A DNA stretch of 64,000 bases from Sedimentisphaerales bacterium (GTDB lineage Bacteria; Planctomycetota; Phycisphaerae; Sedimentisphaerales; SM23-30), in contig CAXXFK010000019.1 in the NCBI GenBank assembly GCA_963663965.2, positions 64,001-128,000 on the forward strand, written 5' to 3'. Below are positions 10,619 to 20,937 of the stretch, in pieces. The notes beneath the pieces are model-generated. The model did not search any database. It was not told the DNA's origin and was given only the letters and a program-made list of their open reading frames with translations. Each line of letters begins with the position of its first letter. Positions within the stretch are counted from its first letter, which is position 1. Both the position numbers and the translations under genes were made by a program.

Positions 10619-11971
10619 TCAATGTGACACGGATTCCAGGCTGCCTCCGATTAGACACTCCAACTCGGTTCGGGCGATATGATATCGTGTCATGGCATTG
10701 ATCGCTTCATCACGTGACGCAAACCAGTTACGCTGGGCATCCAGTAAGGTCAGGTAATCGATGCGGCCTTGATCGTAGCTGCTCTTGTAAGCGTCAAAAA
10801 TCTCGCGTGCGGGAGTGAGTACCTCATGCCGCAGGATATTTAGTCGAGTTTGGGCATAGCTCAGTTCGCTGTGCCATTGATTCAGATCATTCATTAACGC
10901 GATTCGTCCGGCCCTGGCTTGTGATCGGGCCATCTCCAGATTGGCTTGAGCCTGTTGGGTCCGTGACCGGTTGATGCCTGGGATGGGGATAGGCAATTCG
11001 AGCCCTATCAGAAAGGCATGATCGTCGGATTCGTTATAATAACGGGCGCCTCCGGATAGCGTTAAATCGGGTATCGATCGAACACGCGCCGAGGTCAATT
11101 GAGTTTGGCGTTTATGGATTTCAATGGCCCGGTTGATTATGGCGGGATTCGTGTCAAGAGCGGTATATAACGATTCCAGTGAAGGGACCGATTGCATCAT
11201 TTCAAGTTGCCCTGTCGCTTCGGTAAACAAGGGATGATCGCTGGACCAGAATAAGGCCAGTTCCTGACGTTTGGCTTGATAATTCCGGACAATGTCTTCA
11301 TGGCGCAAGGTGCTGTGAGCTAGATTCAAGCGTGCCCGGGCCAGTTCCAGCGACGAATCTTTGCCGGCTCTTACCCGTTTTTCGATCGATTCGATAATCG
11401 ATCTGGCATTCGCTTGCAATTCTTCTGACAAGGTTAATTTGTCTCGATAGAATACCAGTTCGATAAAACAGCGGGTCAGGTCGCGACAGATAGCCAGTTG
11501 CCTGGCTGCCAGATCCATCCGGACCTGTTCTGTTTCCAGCTCGGCAATCTGGCGCCGAATGGCTGCCTTCCCGCTCAGCTCGATTAACTGGCTCAAGATG
11601 AGTGTTGTTTCCTGGCGTTTGAACTTTTGAAAATCGCCCGAACCACCCACATCTTCAATTTCAATGCCTATCTCTGGGTTTTGCCAGTATCCGGCTTCCT
11701 GTTGATGAGCCTGGGCGGCCTGGAGTTGATAGCTCATACTTTGCAACTCCGGATGATGTGCCAGGGTTAATTGGAGCGCCTGTGCTAAACTCAGTTCGCC
11801 AGTAGGCTCCGTTATAACAGTGTTGCCTTCTGCTGGCTCTGATGAAGAGACCGGCTGCGGATGCTGTTGAATCGATAGGGCCGGATTGGCTTTCCTGGAT
11901 GGTGTTTGAGGAATACGGGGTGCGCAACCGCAGATAATGATTGTGAGCAATATGCTGATAATGGTTTTCAT
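10619..11971 (-). CDS. czcC: CzcC/TolC-family outer-membrane efflux lipoprotein
   Basis: Lipoprotein signal ICGC, NPEIGIE, LSQLIEL.GK, PDLTL, Y..G..DYL.LLDAQR. Upstream of czcB. Confidence 0.88.
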   Translation of the reverse strand: MKTIISILLTIIICGCAPRIPQTPSRKANPALSIQQHPQPVSSSEPAEGNTVITEPTGELSLAQALQLTLAHHPELQSMSYQLQAAQAHQQEAGYWQNPEIGIEIEDVGGSGDFQKFKRQETTLILSQLIELSGKAAIRRQIAELETEQVRMDLAARQLAICRDLTRCFIELVFYRDKLTLSEELQANARSIIESIEKRVRAGKDSSLELARARLNLAHSTLRHEDIVRNYQAKRQELALFWSSDHPLFTEATGQLEMMQSVPSLESLYTALDTNPAIINRAIEIHKRQTQLTSARVRSIPDLTLSGGARYYNESDDHAFLIGLELPIPIPGINRSRTQQAQANLEMARSQARAGRIALMNDLNQWHSELSYAQTRLNILRHEVLTPAREIFDAYKSSYDQGRIDYLTLLDAQRNWFASRDEAINAMTRYHIARTELECLIGGSLESVSH

Positions 11972-12063
11972 AATCCAATCCTGATGCTGGAAAATTCGTA
12001 TCAATGGATAAACAGAGTATCTCTATCGTATTGTGTGATAAAAGGGATACGAATTGACAGGAA

Positions 12064-12468
12064 TCAAGACTGAAGTATGATGTTTCGAAGTGGAGCGTAA
12101 TAACGACTGCCTGGGAATTGCGGTTCGTTGAAGACAGCCCTGCGAGATGTGGTTTCAATGATATCATTCGAGTAGAATACCGAATCACTTATGAAACTGA
12201 TTGGTGCAGATTTTGCCGTGTTCTCCGCTGTGACAATCGAACTGATAAGGACATCGTCGCAATGTTTATGAGAGTCAAGTTTGAATGTTAAAGTTGATCC
12301 GGTCTCTGATTGGTTGTTAGTGTGATGGTCACAATGACAATGGTTATGGATTATTGGTTCAATGGAAAAATGACCATCTCGGCCCTGGCAGACCACGGTT
12401 CCCATGTTTAATACCGAACCGGTAAATACCAGCCCGATAATCCAATATGTCATTTTAGACTTGTTCAT
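12064..12468 (-). CDS. Small His/Cys-rich exported protein heading the czc cluster
   Basis: N-terminal TM, VVC.G.DGH..IE, HNHCHCDHH, H.HC.D. Co-oriented upstream of czcC. Confidence 0.65.
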   Translation of the reverse strand: MNKSKMTYWIIGLVFTGSVLNMGTVVCQGRDGHFSIEPIIHNHCHCDHHTNNQSETGSTLTFKLDSHKHCDDVLISSIVTAENTAKSAPISFISDSVFYSNDIIETTSRRAVFNEPQFPGSRYYAPLRNIILQS

Positions 12469-12744
12469 ATTCTATACGAGGAAATTATAACAGAATTCCT
12501 TTTAAATATCAAGCTGGATATTGGGATGAAGCCAATGACATGTCAAGACAGACAAAGTGATAAGTCATTAGTAAATAAGCAATTAACCATAGCTCAGATG
12601 TAGCCATTATTAACTTAACTGGTTATAAATAAAAAGGATATGTGTTTTGTGACCAAATTGAACCAAATGAATGAAATAATCAGGGCTTCTAAAGCATTTA
12701 ATACTTTTATACTGAAACTTACTGTTCAATGAAAGGTGTTCCCA

Positions 12745-14208
12745 ATGAAAAAGTCAATTGCGGCAATGATTATATTGATAATGGTCTTTACCTGTGGTTT
12801 TGTGGCTTCCGCGGAAGATACCGGCGGGCAATGGGGTTTTAAGAAAGCCTCTGACAATGGCGTTAAACCATTTCGAATTCTGCTGATTGGCGACTCGGTG
12901 ACAAATGGCTATCGGCAGTATGTTGCCGAAGATCTGGCCGATATTGCCTCTTGCGATGTATGGTTAACACCGGCACATCTTAACTCAGATGGCCTGCGTG
13001 ATGAACTGGCCCGGATTGTATCAGCGGGTTGCTATGATGTTATTCACTTCAATATCGGCCTGCATGGTTGGGAAAAAGGACGGATTCCCGAAGGGCAGTA
13101 TGAATCCCTGTTACGGAAGTATGTCGAAACACTGCAAAAATCAGCGGGGCGCGCCGTCCTGGTCTGGGGTAGCACTACCCCGATCATGTCTGAAGAGACC
13201 CCCAGGACATTGGATCCTGTTAATAATTCAGTGATTGTTGAGCGTAATAAAATCGCCGCTAAAGTAATGGCCGAAAGTGGTATTGCAGTGAATGATCTTT
13301 ACGTTGCTGTTGTAGATAAACTCAATCTGGGAGCGGATAAGTTCCATTGGTCTCCCGAGGCCCGGCGTTTACAGGCTGATTGTGTTGTCCGTGTCATCAA
13401 AAAGGAGCTAACTTTCAAATTGACGGTTTTATTACAAAAAGCATGTGCCCCGGTGATCAAAAAATGGACCCAAATCGAAGATGATAAACCGGTTGAATAC
13501 ATGACCATGGATGGAATCATGGTGCATGAAACGAATCCTCAGATTCAGCCTCAACCCGATATCGTCGATCCCGGCCAGCCCGGCAAAGCCCCTTCGGATG
13601 CGGTGGTGCTTTTTGATGGGACTGAAGCGTCTATGAAAAACTGGACCGATACCAATGGAAACCAGACCAAATGGAAATTTGCCGATGGCGCCCTGGAATC
13701 GGTTAAAGATGCCGGCCTGATCCAATCCAGGCAGACTTTTGGGTCCTGTCAGCTGCATGTGGAATGGGCATCGCCTTCCAATGTTCAGGGTAGCGGCCAG
13801 GGTCGGGGTAACAGTGGCGTTTTCCTGATGGGAACCTATGAGATTCAGGTGCTGGATTCTTATCAGAATACCACCTATCCTGATGGGCAGGCCGGCGCCC
13901 TGTATGGCCGCAAAAAACCCCTGGTCAATGCCTCGCGCGGGCCGGGCCAGTGGCAAAGCTATGATGTCATCTTCCATCGGCCCATTTTTGGTCAAGATGG
14001 AAAAGTCATCAAACAGGCCACCTTTACTGTCTTGCATAACGGCGTATTGATTCATGATAATGTTTCCCTGACAGGCGGTACTGTCTGGCGTGGCAGCCAT
14101 TCCATATCCGAATATGAACCCCATGGCGACGCCTTGCCCATCCGGCTGCAAGATCATGGCAATCCAGTCCATTTCCGCAATATCTGGGTCAGGCCGCTGA
14201 ATGATTAG
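12745..14208 (+). CDS. Secreted fusion: SGNH/GDSL hydrolase + DUF1080 (3-keto-disaccharide hydrolase-like)
   Basis: LIGDS, DVIHFNIGLH, TTP, NDLY, D.FH, followed by PSDAVVLFDG, GNSGVFL, YEIQVLDS, LQDHGNPV.FRNIW. Confidence 0.85.
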   Translation: MKKSIAAMIILIMVFTCGFVASAEDTGGQWGFKKASDNGVKPFRILLIGDSVTNGYRQYVAEDLADIASCDVWLTPAHLNSDGLRDELARIVSAGCYDVIHFNIGLHGWEKGRIPEGQYESLLRKYVETLQKSAGRAVLVWGSTTPIMSEETPRTLDPVNNSVIVERNKIAAKVMAESGIAVNDLYVAVVDKLNLGADKFHWSPEARRLQADCVVRVIKKELTFKLTVLLQKACAPVIKKWTQIEDDKPVEYMTMDGIMVHETNPQIQPQPDIVDPGQPGKAPSDAVVLFDGTEASMKNWTDTNGNQTKWKFADGALESVKDAGLIQSRQTFGSCQLHVEWASPSNVQGSGQGRGNSGVFLMGTYEIQVLDSYQNTTYPDGQAGALYGRKKPLVNASRGPGQWQSYDVIFHRPIFGQDGKVIKQATFTVLHNGVLIHDNVSLTGGTVWRGSHSISEYEPHGDALPIRLQDHGNPVHFRNIWVRPLND

Positions 14209-14526
14209 AATTGATAGAATGAAATAAGGTCCAGCTATCGGTAACCATTCGAGAGTTATCCAGATTACGACATAGATTACCAACCGAACAGAAATTTGAA
14301 TAATCGCTTAAAAAACAAAGGTAGAGACTCTCTACCTTTGTTTTTAGGAAAATCTGGGCAGCCCACAGTTCTCGGTTTAAGCTTTCATAGTAAATTGCCG
14401 GCTTCCTCCCGACTGATTCAAAACGAACCCAATTTTCACCATTTATCTAACAATACCATCCAGACTACCTTACCTGTTACGCCAGTAAATTGCTGTATCA
14501 ATAGTCCATGCTTTCAGATTATCCAC

Positions 14527-14568
14527 AAAAAAAAGAGGCCGTCTCCCTATCAGGAAAAAGACCTCTTC
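14527..14568 (-). terminator. Probable intrinsic terminator of the aminotransferase
   Basis: AAGAGG...CCTCTT stem preceded by an A run (U-tract on minus strand), about 30 nt past the stop. Confidence 0.5.
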
Positions 14569-14595
14569 AGATGGTTTTAAGTATTTGAAACTAAT

Positions 14596-15768
14596 TTACT
14601 TGAGAAATTGGGCTATCCGGTCAATGCCTTTATCTATGTTGGCCATGCTGGTTGCGAAGCTCAGCCGGATATTCTCATCGCAACCGAAACCAATACCAGG
14701 TACGCAGGCCACTTTTGCTTCTTCCAGTAGCTTATTGCAGAATTCGACACTTCCACTTACGCCCAGTTTGGCGTAAGTCCCTGAAATATTTGGAAATGCA
14801 TAAAATGCCCCGGTTGGCTCGATACAGGTAACCCCCGGCAAAGCATTCAATCGCTGATGAATATGAACAGCCCGCTTGGCAAATTCAGCATGCATCTTGT
14901 CGATATCACCCTGCCCTTTCTGCAATGCGTCAATGGCTGCCAACTGACAGAAAGTCGCTGGCCCCGATGTCATATGAGATTGAATGTTTCCGACCGCTTT
15001 GGCCAGGCTATCCGGACCGGCCAGGTAACCCAGTCGCCATCCGGTCATACTATAGGCCTTGCTTAATCCATTGACTGTGATCACCTGATCATATAATTCC
15101 GGACAGGCCGCTGCGAAACTCTGGAATATCATATTGCCATAGACCAGCTTTTCGTAAATTTCGTCAGATAGGATCGCAACTTTCGTTCCCTTTAAAACTT
15201 CACCTAATGCGGCTTGTTCTTCCGGTGAATAGCAAAAACCACCGGGATTACTCGGCGAGTTAAAAATCAGCATAACTGTTTTGTCAGTAATATGTTGTTT
15301 CAGTAATTCCGGGGTGAGTTTGTAGCCATCTTTCTCTTGGGTCTGAACAAATTTTGGGACACCACCAACCAGGCTGACCATATCTGGATAACTAACCCAA
15401 TAGGGCGTAGGGATTAATACTTCGTCTCCCGGATCACAGACCGCATGAACGGCTTCATATACAGCGTGCTTAGCGCCACAGGTGACTACAATCTGAGACG
15501 GTTTATAGTCTAAAGCATTTTCGTCTTTGAGCTTACGGGCAATTTCTTTCTTAAGATCCGGATGACCCGAACCGGCAGTATATTTGGTCATGCCCTTGTC
15601 GAGATAATGCTTTGCGGCTTCCTTGATAAAATCTGGGGTATCGAAGTCGGGTTCGCCAGCTCCGAAACTGACGACGTCAACTCCCTGGGCTTTCATTTGC
15701 TTTGCCTTCGCCGTCACGGCCATGGTAATTGATTCCTGAATTGATCCGGCAAATTGACTGATTTTCAT
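14596..15768 (-). CDS. aspC: Class I/II PLP-dependent aspartate aminotransferase
   Basis: GAGEPDFDTP, GAKHA, PYWVSY, NSPSNP.G, SDEIY, SKAYSMTGWRLGY, GAFY.FP, IRLSFA. Confidence 0.9.
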   Translation of the reverse strand: MKISQFAGSIQESITMAVTAKAKQMKAQGVDVVSFGAGEPDFDTPDFIKEAAKHYLDKGMTKYTAGSGHPDLKKEIARKLKDENALDYKPSQIVVTCGAKHAVYEAVHAVCDPGDEVLIPTPYWVSYPDMVSLVGGVPKFVQTQEKDGYKLTPELLKQHITDKTVMLIFNSPSNPGGFCYSPEEQAALGEVLKGTKVAILSDEIYEKLVYGNMIFQSFAAACPELYDQVITVNGLSKAYSMTGWRLGYLAGPDSLAKAVGNIQSHMTSGPATFCQLAAIDALQKGQGDIDKMHAEFAKRAVHIHQRLNALPGVTCIEPTGAFYAFPNISGTYAKLGVSGSVEFCNKLLEEAKVACVPGIGFGCDENIRLSFATSMANIDKGIDRIAQFLK

Positions 15769-16421
15769 GGAGAAATCCTTTCTGTTGTTACTGCTTCCGG
15801 TATTCAAACCGCCACTTTTTAACGCTTTTTGATTCTATTTTCAATACCCAATCATTGAATTCTTTAAAAACAGGACCTTGTTATAAGTGGAAAAGTTGTT
15901 TTATAAAAAAGAGATGATGTGCATTTCCTGAATTAACCAATAAAAAGCCAGCAAAGGTTATCACCTGTACAGCCAATATACACTTGAGTTAAAGAGTTTT
16001 TAATTTGATCATCCCCATATCGCATTGGATAAGTGTTAAACATAAATGATTATTATAAATATTCATTTATTATTTTGACAAGAAACATGGTTTTTTAACA
16101 GGAAAATTGCTTTTAATGTTTGACAAATGAACAATTGGCGATTATCTTTTTTATAAAGAATATGCTTTATAAACATAAAGTGTCTGTTATTATTAATTGA
16201 TATTTGGACAACTCCGGTTAGCTTTGGCTTTTCATTGTTATCGAGTTGTTCTTCATATAAGAACGACCCATTTTCGTGTATAATAAATGATAGAATGTTG
16301 GGGAGGAAGATGGATGGAAAGTATGTTCTCTAATGCCCGGTTAGTTTTATGAGGATTGATTCAATTCTTGCGAAAGCTTTGCCTTGCGTATGCTATGGCA
16401 TTTCGGAACAGGATATTTATT

Positions 16422-17078
16422 TTGGAAAAAATAAAATTGTTAATTGTTGACGATCACCAGATCGTCCGGGATGGTTTAAGGTCGCAATTGGAGACTGAAG
16501 TGGATTTTCTCGTAGTGGGTGATACTAAAGGGGGTCGGGATGCTTTGGATATGGTTCACAGATGCTCTGTCGATGTGGTGCTAATGGATGTCGGTATGGC
16601 AGAAATGAATGGGATAGAAGCTACCAGGCAAATATTGCAATATGATCCTGAAATAAAAATACTTGCACTATCCGGTCTCATTGAAGATCGGTATATCACC
16701 GCGATGCTGAAATCTGGAGCTGCGGGTTATTTAAAAAAAGATTGTAGCTATGAAGAGCTTTCCAAAGCGATTCGTCTGGTGGCTGGCGGCAAGAAATATC
16801 TTACTTCTGAAATAACTGAACTCGTAGTCAGGCAGATTATGGATGAAGGTAATTTTACTGGTCCTGCCGGACAACCGAGTTTATCGCCCAGGGAAAGAGA
16901 GGTTTTGCAACTCCTGGCTGAAGGCAATTCTGTTAAACAGATAGCTAATAAATTGTTTGTCAGTATCAGTACCGTCGAAACTCATAGACGCCATATAATG
17001 GAAAAACTGGATATGCGCAGTATTGCTGAATTAACAAAATACGCAATTCGAGAAGGAATCACTTTCTTGAATTCGTAG
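16422..17078 (+). CDS. NarL/LuxR-family response regulator
   Basis: LIVDDHQIVRDG, LMDVGM..MNGIEA, GA.GYL.K, LSPREREVLQLLAEG..K.IA..L..S..TVETHR. Start uncertain, TTG 16422 favoured. Confidence 0.92.
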   Translation: MEKIKLLIVDDHQIVRDGLRSQLETEVDFLVVGDTKGGRDALDMVHRCSVDVVLMDVGMAEMNGIEATRQILQYDPEIKILALSGLIEDRYITAMLKSGAAGYLKKDCSYEELSKAIRLVAGGKKYLTSEITELVVRQIMDEGNFTGPAGQPSLSPREREVLQLLAEGNSVKQIANKLFVSISTVETHRRHIMEKLDMRSIAELTKYAIREGITFLNS

Positions 17079-17425
17079 TGATTGAATTTTTGGCGGTTCT
17101 CTAAGAGTACTTATGCCGTTATTATAAGATTAATGATTGTTTAGTGGGAAGAAATTGATAAAAACTTGATTTTTAATAATTCTTTGACTATAGATATTAC
17201 AGAGACGATATTCAGCGGGTTTGTTTTTTATCATGTTTTTTGTTATCGGAATTTCACAGATTTCGTGATTGAAATGCATTTTCATAGGGGTTAATCTACT
17301 TTAAATAAGTTAGTAATATTTCTTATTCGGTGATGAGTTGATATTTTGCTTAGATTTTATAAGTGGATAAGTTGTTATTTCGTCTTAAGTTACAAATAGT
17401 TTTGATTGTCTTATGATATTCGAAT

Positions 17426-17466
17426 AAACCGGGGTAGGGATCAAGGAGACATGCCCCGGTTTTTTT
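17426..17466 (+). promoter_or_regulatory. Terminator-like hairpin immediately upstream of the sigma factor
   Basis: AAACCGGGG...CCCCGGTTT stem ending in a T7 tract, 30 nt before ATG 17496. Confidence 0.55.
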
Positions 17467-17495
17467 ATCAAAATTGAACGGAGATGGAGGTAAAT

Positions 17496-18383
17496 ATGGT
17501 TCGCGAAAAGCTTAAGGTTGCATTGTCAGGTATTTATGAAAAAATCCAGGCTTCAGAATTATCTATTGCCCAGAAAAAACAATGCATCCGGATTTTTCGG
17601 TTGCCAGTGAACTTTGTTAAAGATAACAGGTTACGCCAAAGCATGTTAATGCAGGAACTGTTTAATCAGGACATTAAAGTCTATCCTGGGATGGCCATTG
17701 ATCTGGAAATCCAGGAACTGTTATTCCTGAAAATGAATTTTTGTAAAATGAAGATTTTTAATCTGAAAAAAAGAATTCTTAATGCCGGTTCATTCTCCTT
17801 AAATCAAATTAAACAGCTTCTGAAATGGAATACTCTTCGAATGGCCATCAATAGCAAAATTGTCACTGCTAATATGGGCTTGGTGATGGCAATGGCTCGC
17901 TATGTTAATTATGCCGGGGTAGAATTTACTGAATTAGTGAGTGATGGCGGTATTACTTTAATGCGGGCAACAGATAAATTTGATTATACAAGAGGATGTA
18001 AATTCAGTACTTATGCGTGCCGTGCCATTCTGCGAACGATGTCTCGTACTGCTCGCATCTGGTATCGTCATCGAAAAATGTTTCCGGCACAGCTTGAACC
18101 TGACTGGGAGAAAGTTGATCTGATCGATCATCGCAACGAGCAGGAATTTGAAGAGATGATTGAAGAGATCAAAGTGATTCTTGATCATAATCTGGCAAAT
18201 CTTACCGAAACTGAGCAGGCAGTAATTCGATTGCGTTTCCCATTTCTGGATGACGAAGCAGAAAGAGTTACTTTGAAAGAAGCGGGTCTGATTATCGGGC
18301 TGTCCAAGGAAAGGATTCGACAGATACAAAATAAATCGCTTACTAAACTTCGTACGACGATGCAGCAGCGTATAACATTTTAA
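17496..18383 (+). CDS. Short sigma-70 family RNA polymerase sigma factor (regions 2 and 4, RpoD/RpoS-like)
   Basis: ANMGLV..MA, ELVSDG...L.RA.DKFD..RG.KFSTYA, TLKE.G...GLSKERIRQIQ. GGAGG RBS. Confidence 0.88.
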   Translation: MVREKLKVALSGIYEKIQASELSIAQKKQCIRIFRLPVNFVKDNRLRQSMLMQELFNQDIKVYPGMAIDLEIQELLFLKMNFCKMKIFNLKKRILNAGSFSLNQIKQLLKWNTLRMAINSKIVTANMGLVMAMARYVNYAGVEFTELVSDGGITLMRATDKFDYTRGCKFSTYACRAILRTMSRTARIWYRHRKMFPAQLEPDWEKVDLIDHRNEQEFEEMIEEIKVILDHNLANLTETEQAVIRLRFPFLDDEAERVTLKEAGLIIGLSKERIRQIQNKSLTKLRTTMQQRITF

Positions 18384-18618
18384 TCGGGACTATATTTTAT
18401 AACTGTTTTTAATAGAAATGGTTATAGCCACAAAGAGGTTTTGGCGATTCTGCTGAATTTTTTAGTCTTTTCAAAAAACAAATTTTGGCCGGATAAGGTT
18501 TTTTCGCTTATAATATTTAGTGAACGACAAATTCGTTTTTTACCGAATGCACATAAGGAGTTATTTAAAGGTAGAGGTTCATGATTTCTGAATATTAATT
18601 TAATGATATGAGAGCGAG

Positions 18619-20936
18619 ATGGCAGAAATAGAAGAGCCCATAACAGGCACCCCCTTTGATGAAATGAAGAAGGTTCCTAAACCGCTTTTAGCCCAACCTT
18701 TAGTATTACTAGTGGATGATGATCGGGGTTTATCCGCACTCATGAAACGTTATTTGAATCGGGAAGGATTTGAGGTTGAGAATCTTTATTCAGGCCATGA
18801 TGTTCTCGAATGGTTGACCAAGCGTCGCCCCGATCTTTTAGTAATAGATTACTTAATGCCGGACATGAATGGCAAAGACCTTATTCAGGAACTTAAAGCC
18901 CGTGACATCGATATTCCTTTTATAACCGTGACGGGGCAGGGAGATGAGCGGCTTGCAGTTGAAATGGTCAAACTGGGAGCGATGGATTATCTGGTGAAAG
19001 ATCAGGTCATGTTGGATATGTTGCCATCGGTCGTTCGCAATTCTCTTCATCAGATCGAACAAGCCCGGCGACTGGAAGAATCAGAAAAAGGTCGACAAGT
19101 CAGCGAATCGCGGTATCGAGGTATTTTTAACGCGTCTATGGAGCCTATTCTTATTCTTGATCTTAAAGGTCTGCTGATAGATGCGAATCCGCGCGCCTGT
19201 GAAATGACGGGCTTTACTGTTGATGAACTGTGTCAGAAGCGTTTTAGCGAGATTCTCGCAGAGGATGAATCGGGATTCTGGAATAAACTTGCTTTGGGAA
19301 GTATCTGAAAAAAATGCTTTTAGCGGTGAAACGTTGCTTGTTGTGCGGGATGGCAGCCACATTGATGTTGAAGTATGTGCTTCCTGTCTGGGAATAGATA
19401 ATACTGAAGGTCATTTGCTGCTCTTTATCAGGGATATCAGGGAACGGAAATGGGCAGAAGAAGAACTGAAGCTTACCAATGAACAATTGCGTATCAGTGA
19501 ACAGGCGCTTAGTGAAAGAGAGGGGGCGCTTAAGATCAATTTTTCAAGGATCAGCTATTGGTATTGCCTTACTGGATATGAAAGGCAATGCGGTCGAATG
19601 CAATGATTATCTCATAGAATTGCTTGGCTTTGAAAGCGGTGAACTTCGTAATATGCCATTTGTTGACCTGAATCATCCAGAAGACCGGGAGCATTCGAAC
19701 AAACTACTTGCTGAGCTAGTTGAAGGTAAGCGCAAGCGATTTCAGGTTGAAAAAAGGTTGTGCGGTAAGGATCGACAACCGGTTTGGGTACGTGTGACGG
19801 CGTCAAGAATCCGTTCTGAACAGCGGAATATGGATTATATTATTAAAATTATCGAAAATATTAATGATCGCAAGCTGGCAGAAGCCTCTCTGCGAACCAG
19901 TGAGTGGAAATTCCGGGTGCTTTTCGATAATATGAAAAACGGTTTCATTTACAATCAGGCCGTGTACGATGATTCCGGCGATGTGTCGGATTATTTATTT
20001 CTTGAAGCCAATCAGGCTTTTGAACAGCTGTTAAATATTCCGCGAGATGAAGTAGTTGGTAAGCTGGCTTCACAATTGCAACCGGAAACCTGCCAGTCAC
20101 TATTAGGCTGGATAGATACTTACGGCAAAGCGGCATTGACTGGACAGGATATTCGTTTTGAGCATTATTGTCAGCAAACGGATCAGTGGCTGGCTATTTC
20201 AGTATACAGTCCTCAGGAAGATTATTTTGCCACCATTATTGAGGATATTGATACTCAGCATCGGTTGCAGGAAGAAATGCAGACATATGCCGAGCAGATT
20301 GACACATATAATCGTGAGTTGAAAATGATTATGAAGGGAGTTTCTCATAAAGTAAGGGAGCCCTTCCAGGCGATTATTGAAAAAAATGTGACCGGTAAAA
20401 CGATCGAATCTGCCGAACAAATCAGACGTTTGCTGGATGATCTTGAACAATATGCCGGTCTGATGAGTCCCGAAATGGCGTTTACTCCTGTTGATTTAAG
20501 TATACTTGCCTGTGAAGCCATATCAAAACAAGAGCAGCATTTGCATGAAATCGGTGCTCAGATTGAAATCGGTCAATTACCGTCTATTTGGGGTAATTCA
20601 ATTGCTTTAAGTATGTTGTTCTCTCGTTTGATAGATAATGCCATTCAATTTCGTGGGAAACAGCCTCTTCATCTGGCGATAATCTCTCAAAAAGTGGATA
20701 ATGATTGGCAAATATCGATCCGGGATAATGGCATTGGTTTAGCCAGCGAATATCATGAGCGTGCTTTTGATATATTCTGGAAATTTCCAGATACTCCCTT
20801 CGGTGGAGGCAATGGAATGGGTTTGTCTCTGTGCAAGCGTATTGTAGACCTTCATGGCGGCAGGATTTGGATTGAATCAAAAGAAAATCAGGGGATGACG
20901 GTCAGGTTTACCCTGGCATCTCAGCGAACCCAATAA
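18619..20936 (+). pseudogene. Hybrid sensor kinase (REC-PAS-PAS-PAS-HisKA-HATPase) split by two +1 frameshifts (~19285, ~19523); real lesion or assembly error
   Basis: REC and PAS in 18619-19308 continue in the next frame (LLWEVSEK...RDIRERKWAEE...SEREG), then in a third (RLRSIFQ...SH, DNAI, DNGIG, GMGLSLCK). Both shifts lie in short homopolymers. Confidence 0.82.
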
Positions 20937-20937
20937 C

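Noticed and set aside
14296..14580. 94-aa ORF containing QNEPN
   Set aside because: It spans a palindrome, the DNA motif and a terminator, and is better explained as non-coding.
17094..17121. dif-like site (TAA-6 nt-TTATG)
   Set aside because: The arms match XerC/XerD consensus poorly, and the skew polarity seen is not terminus-type.
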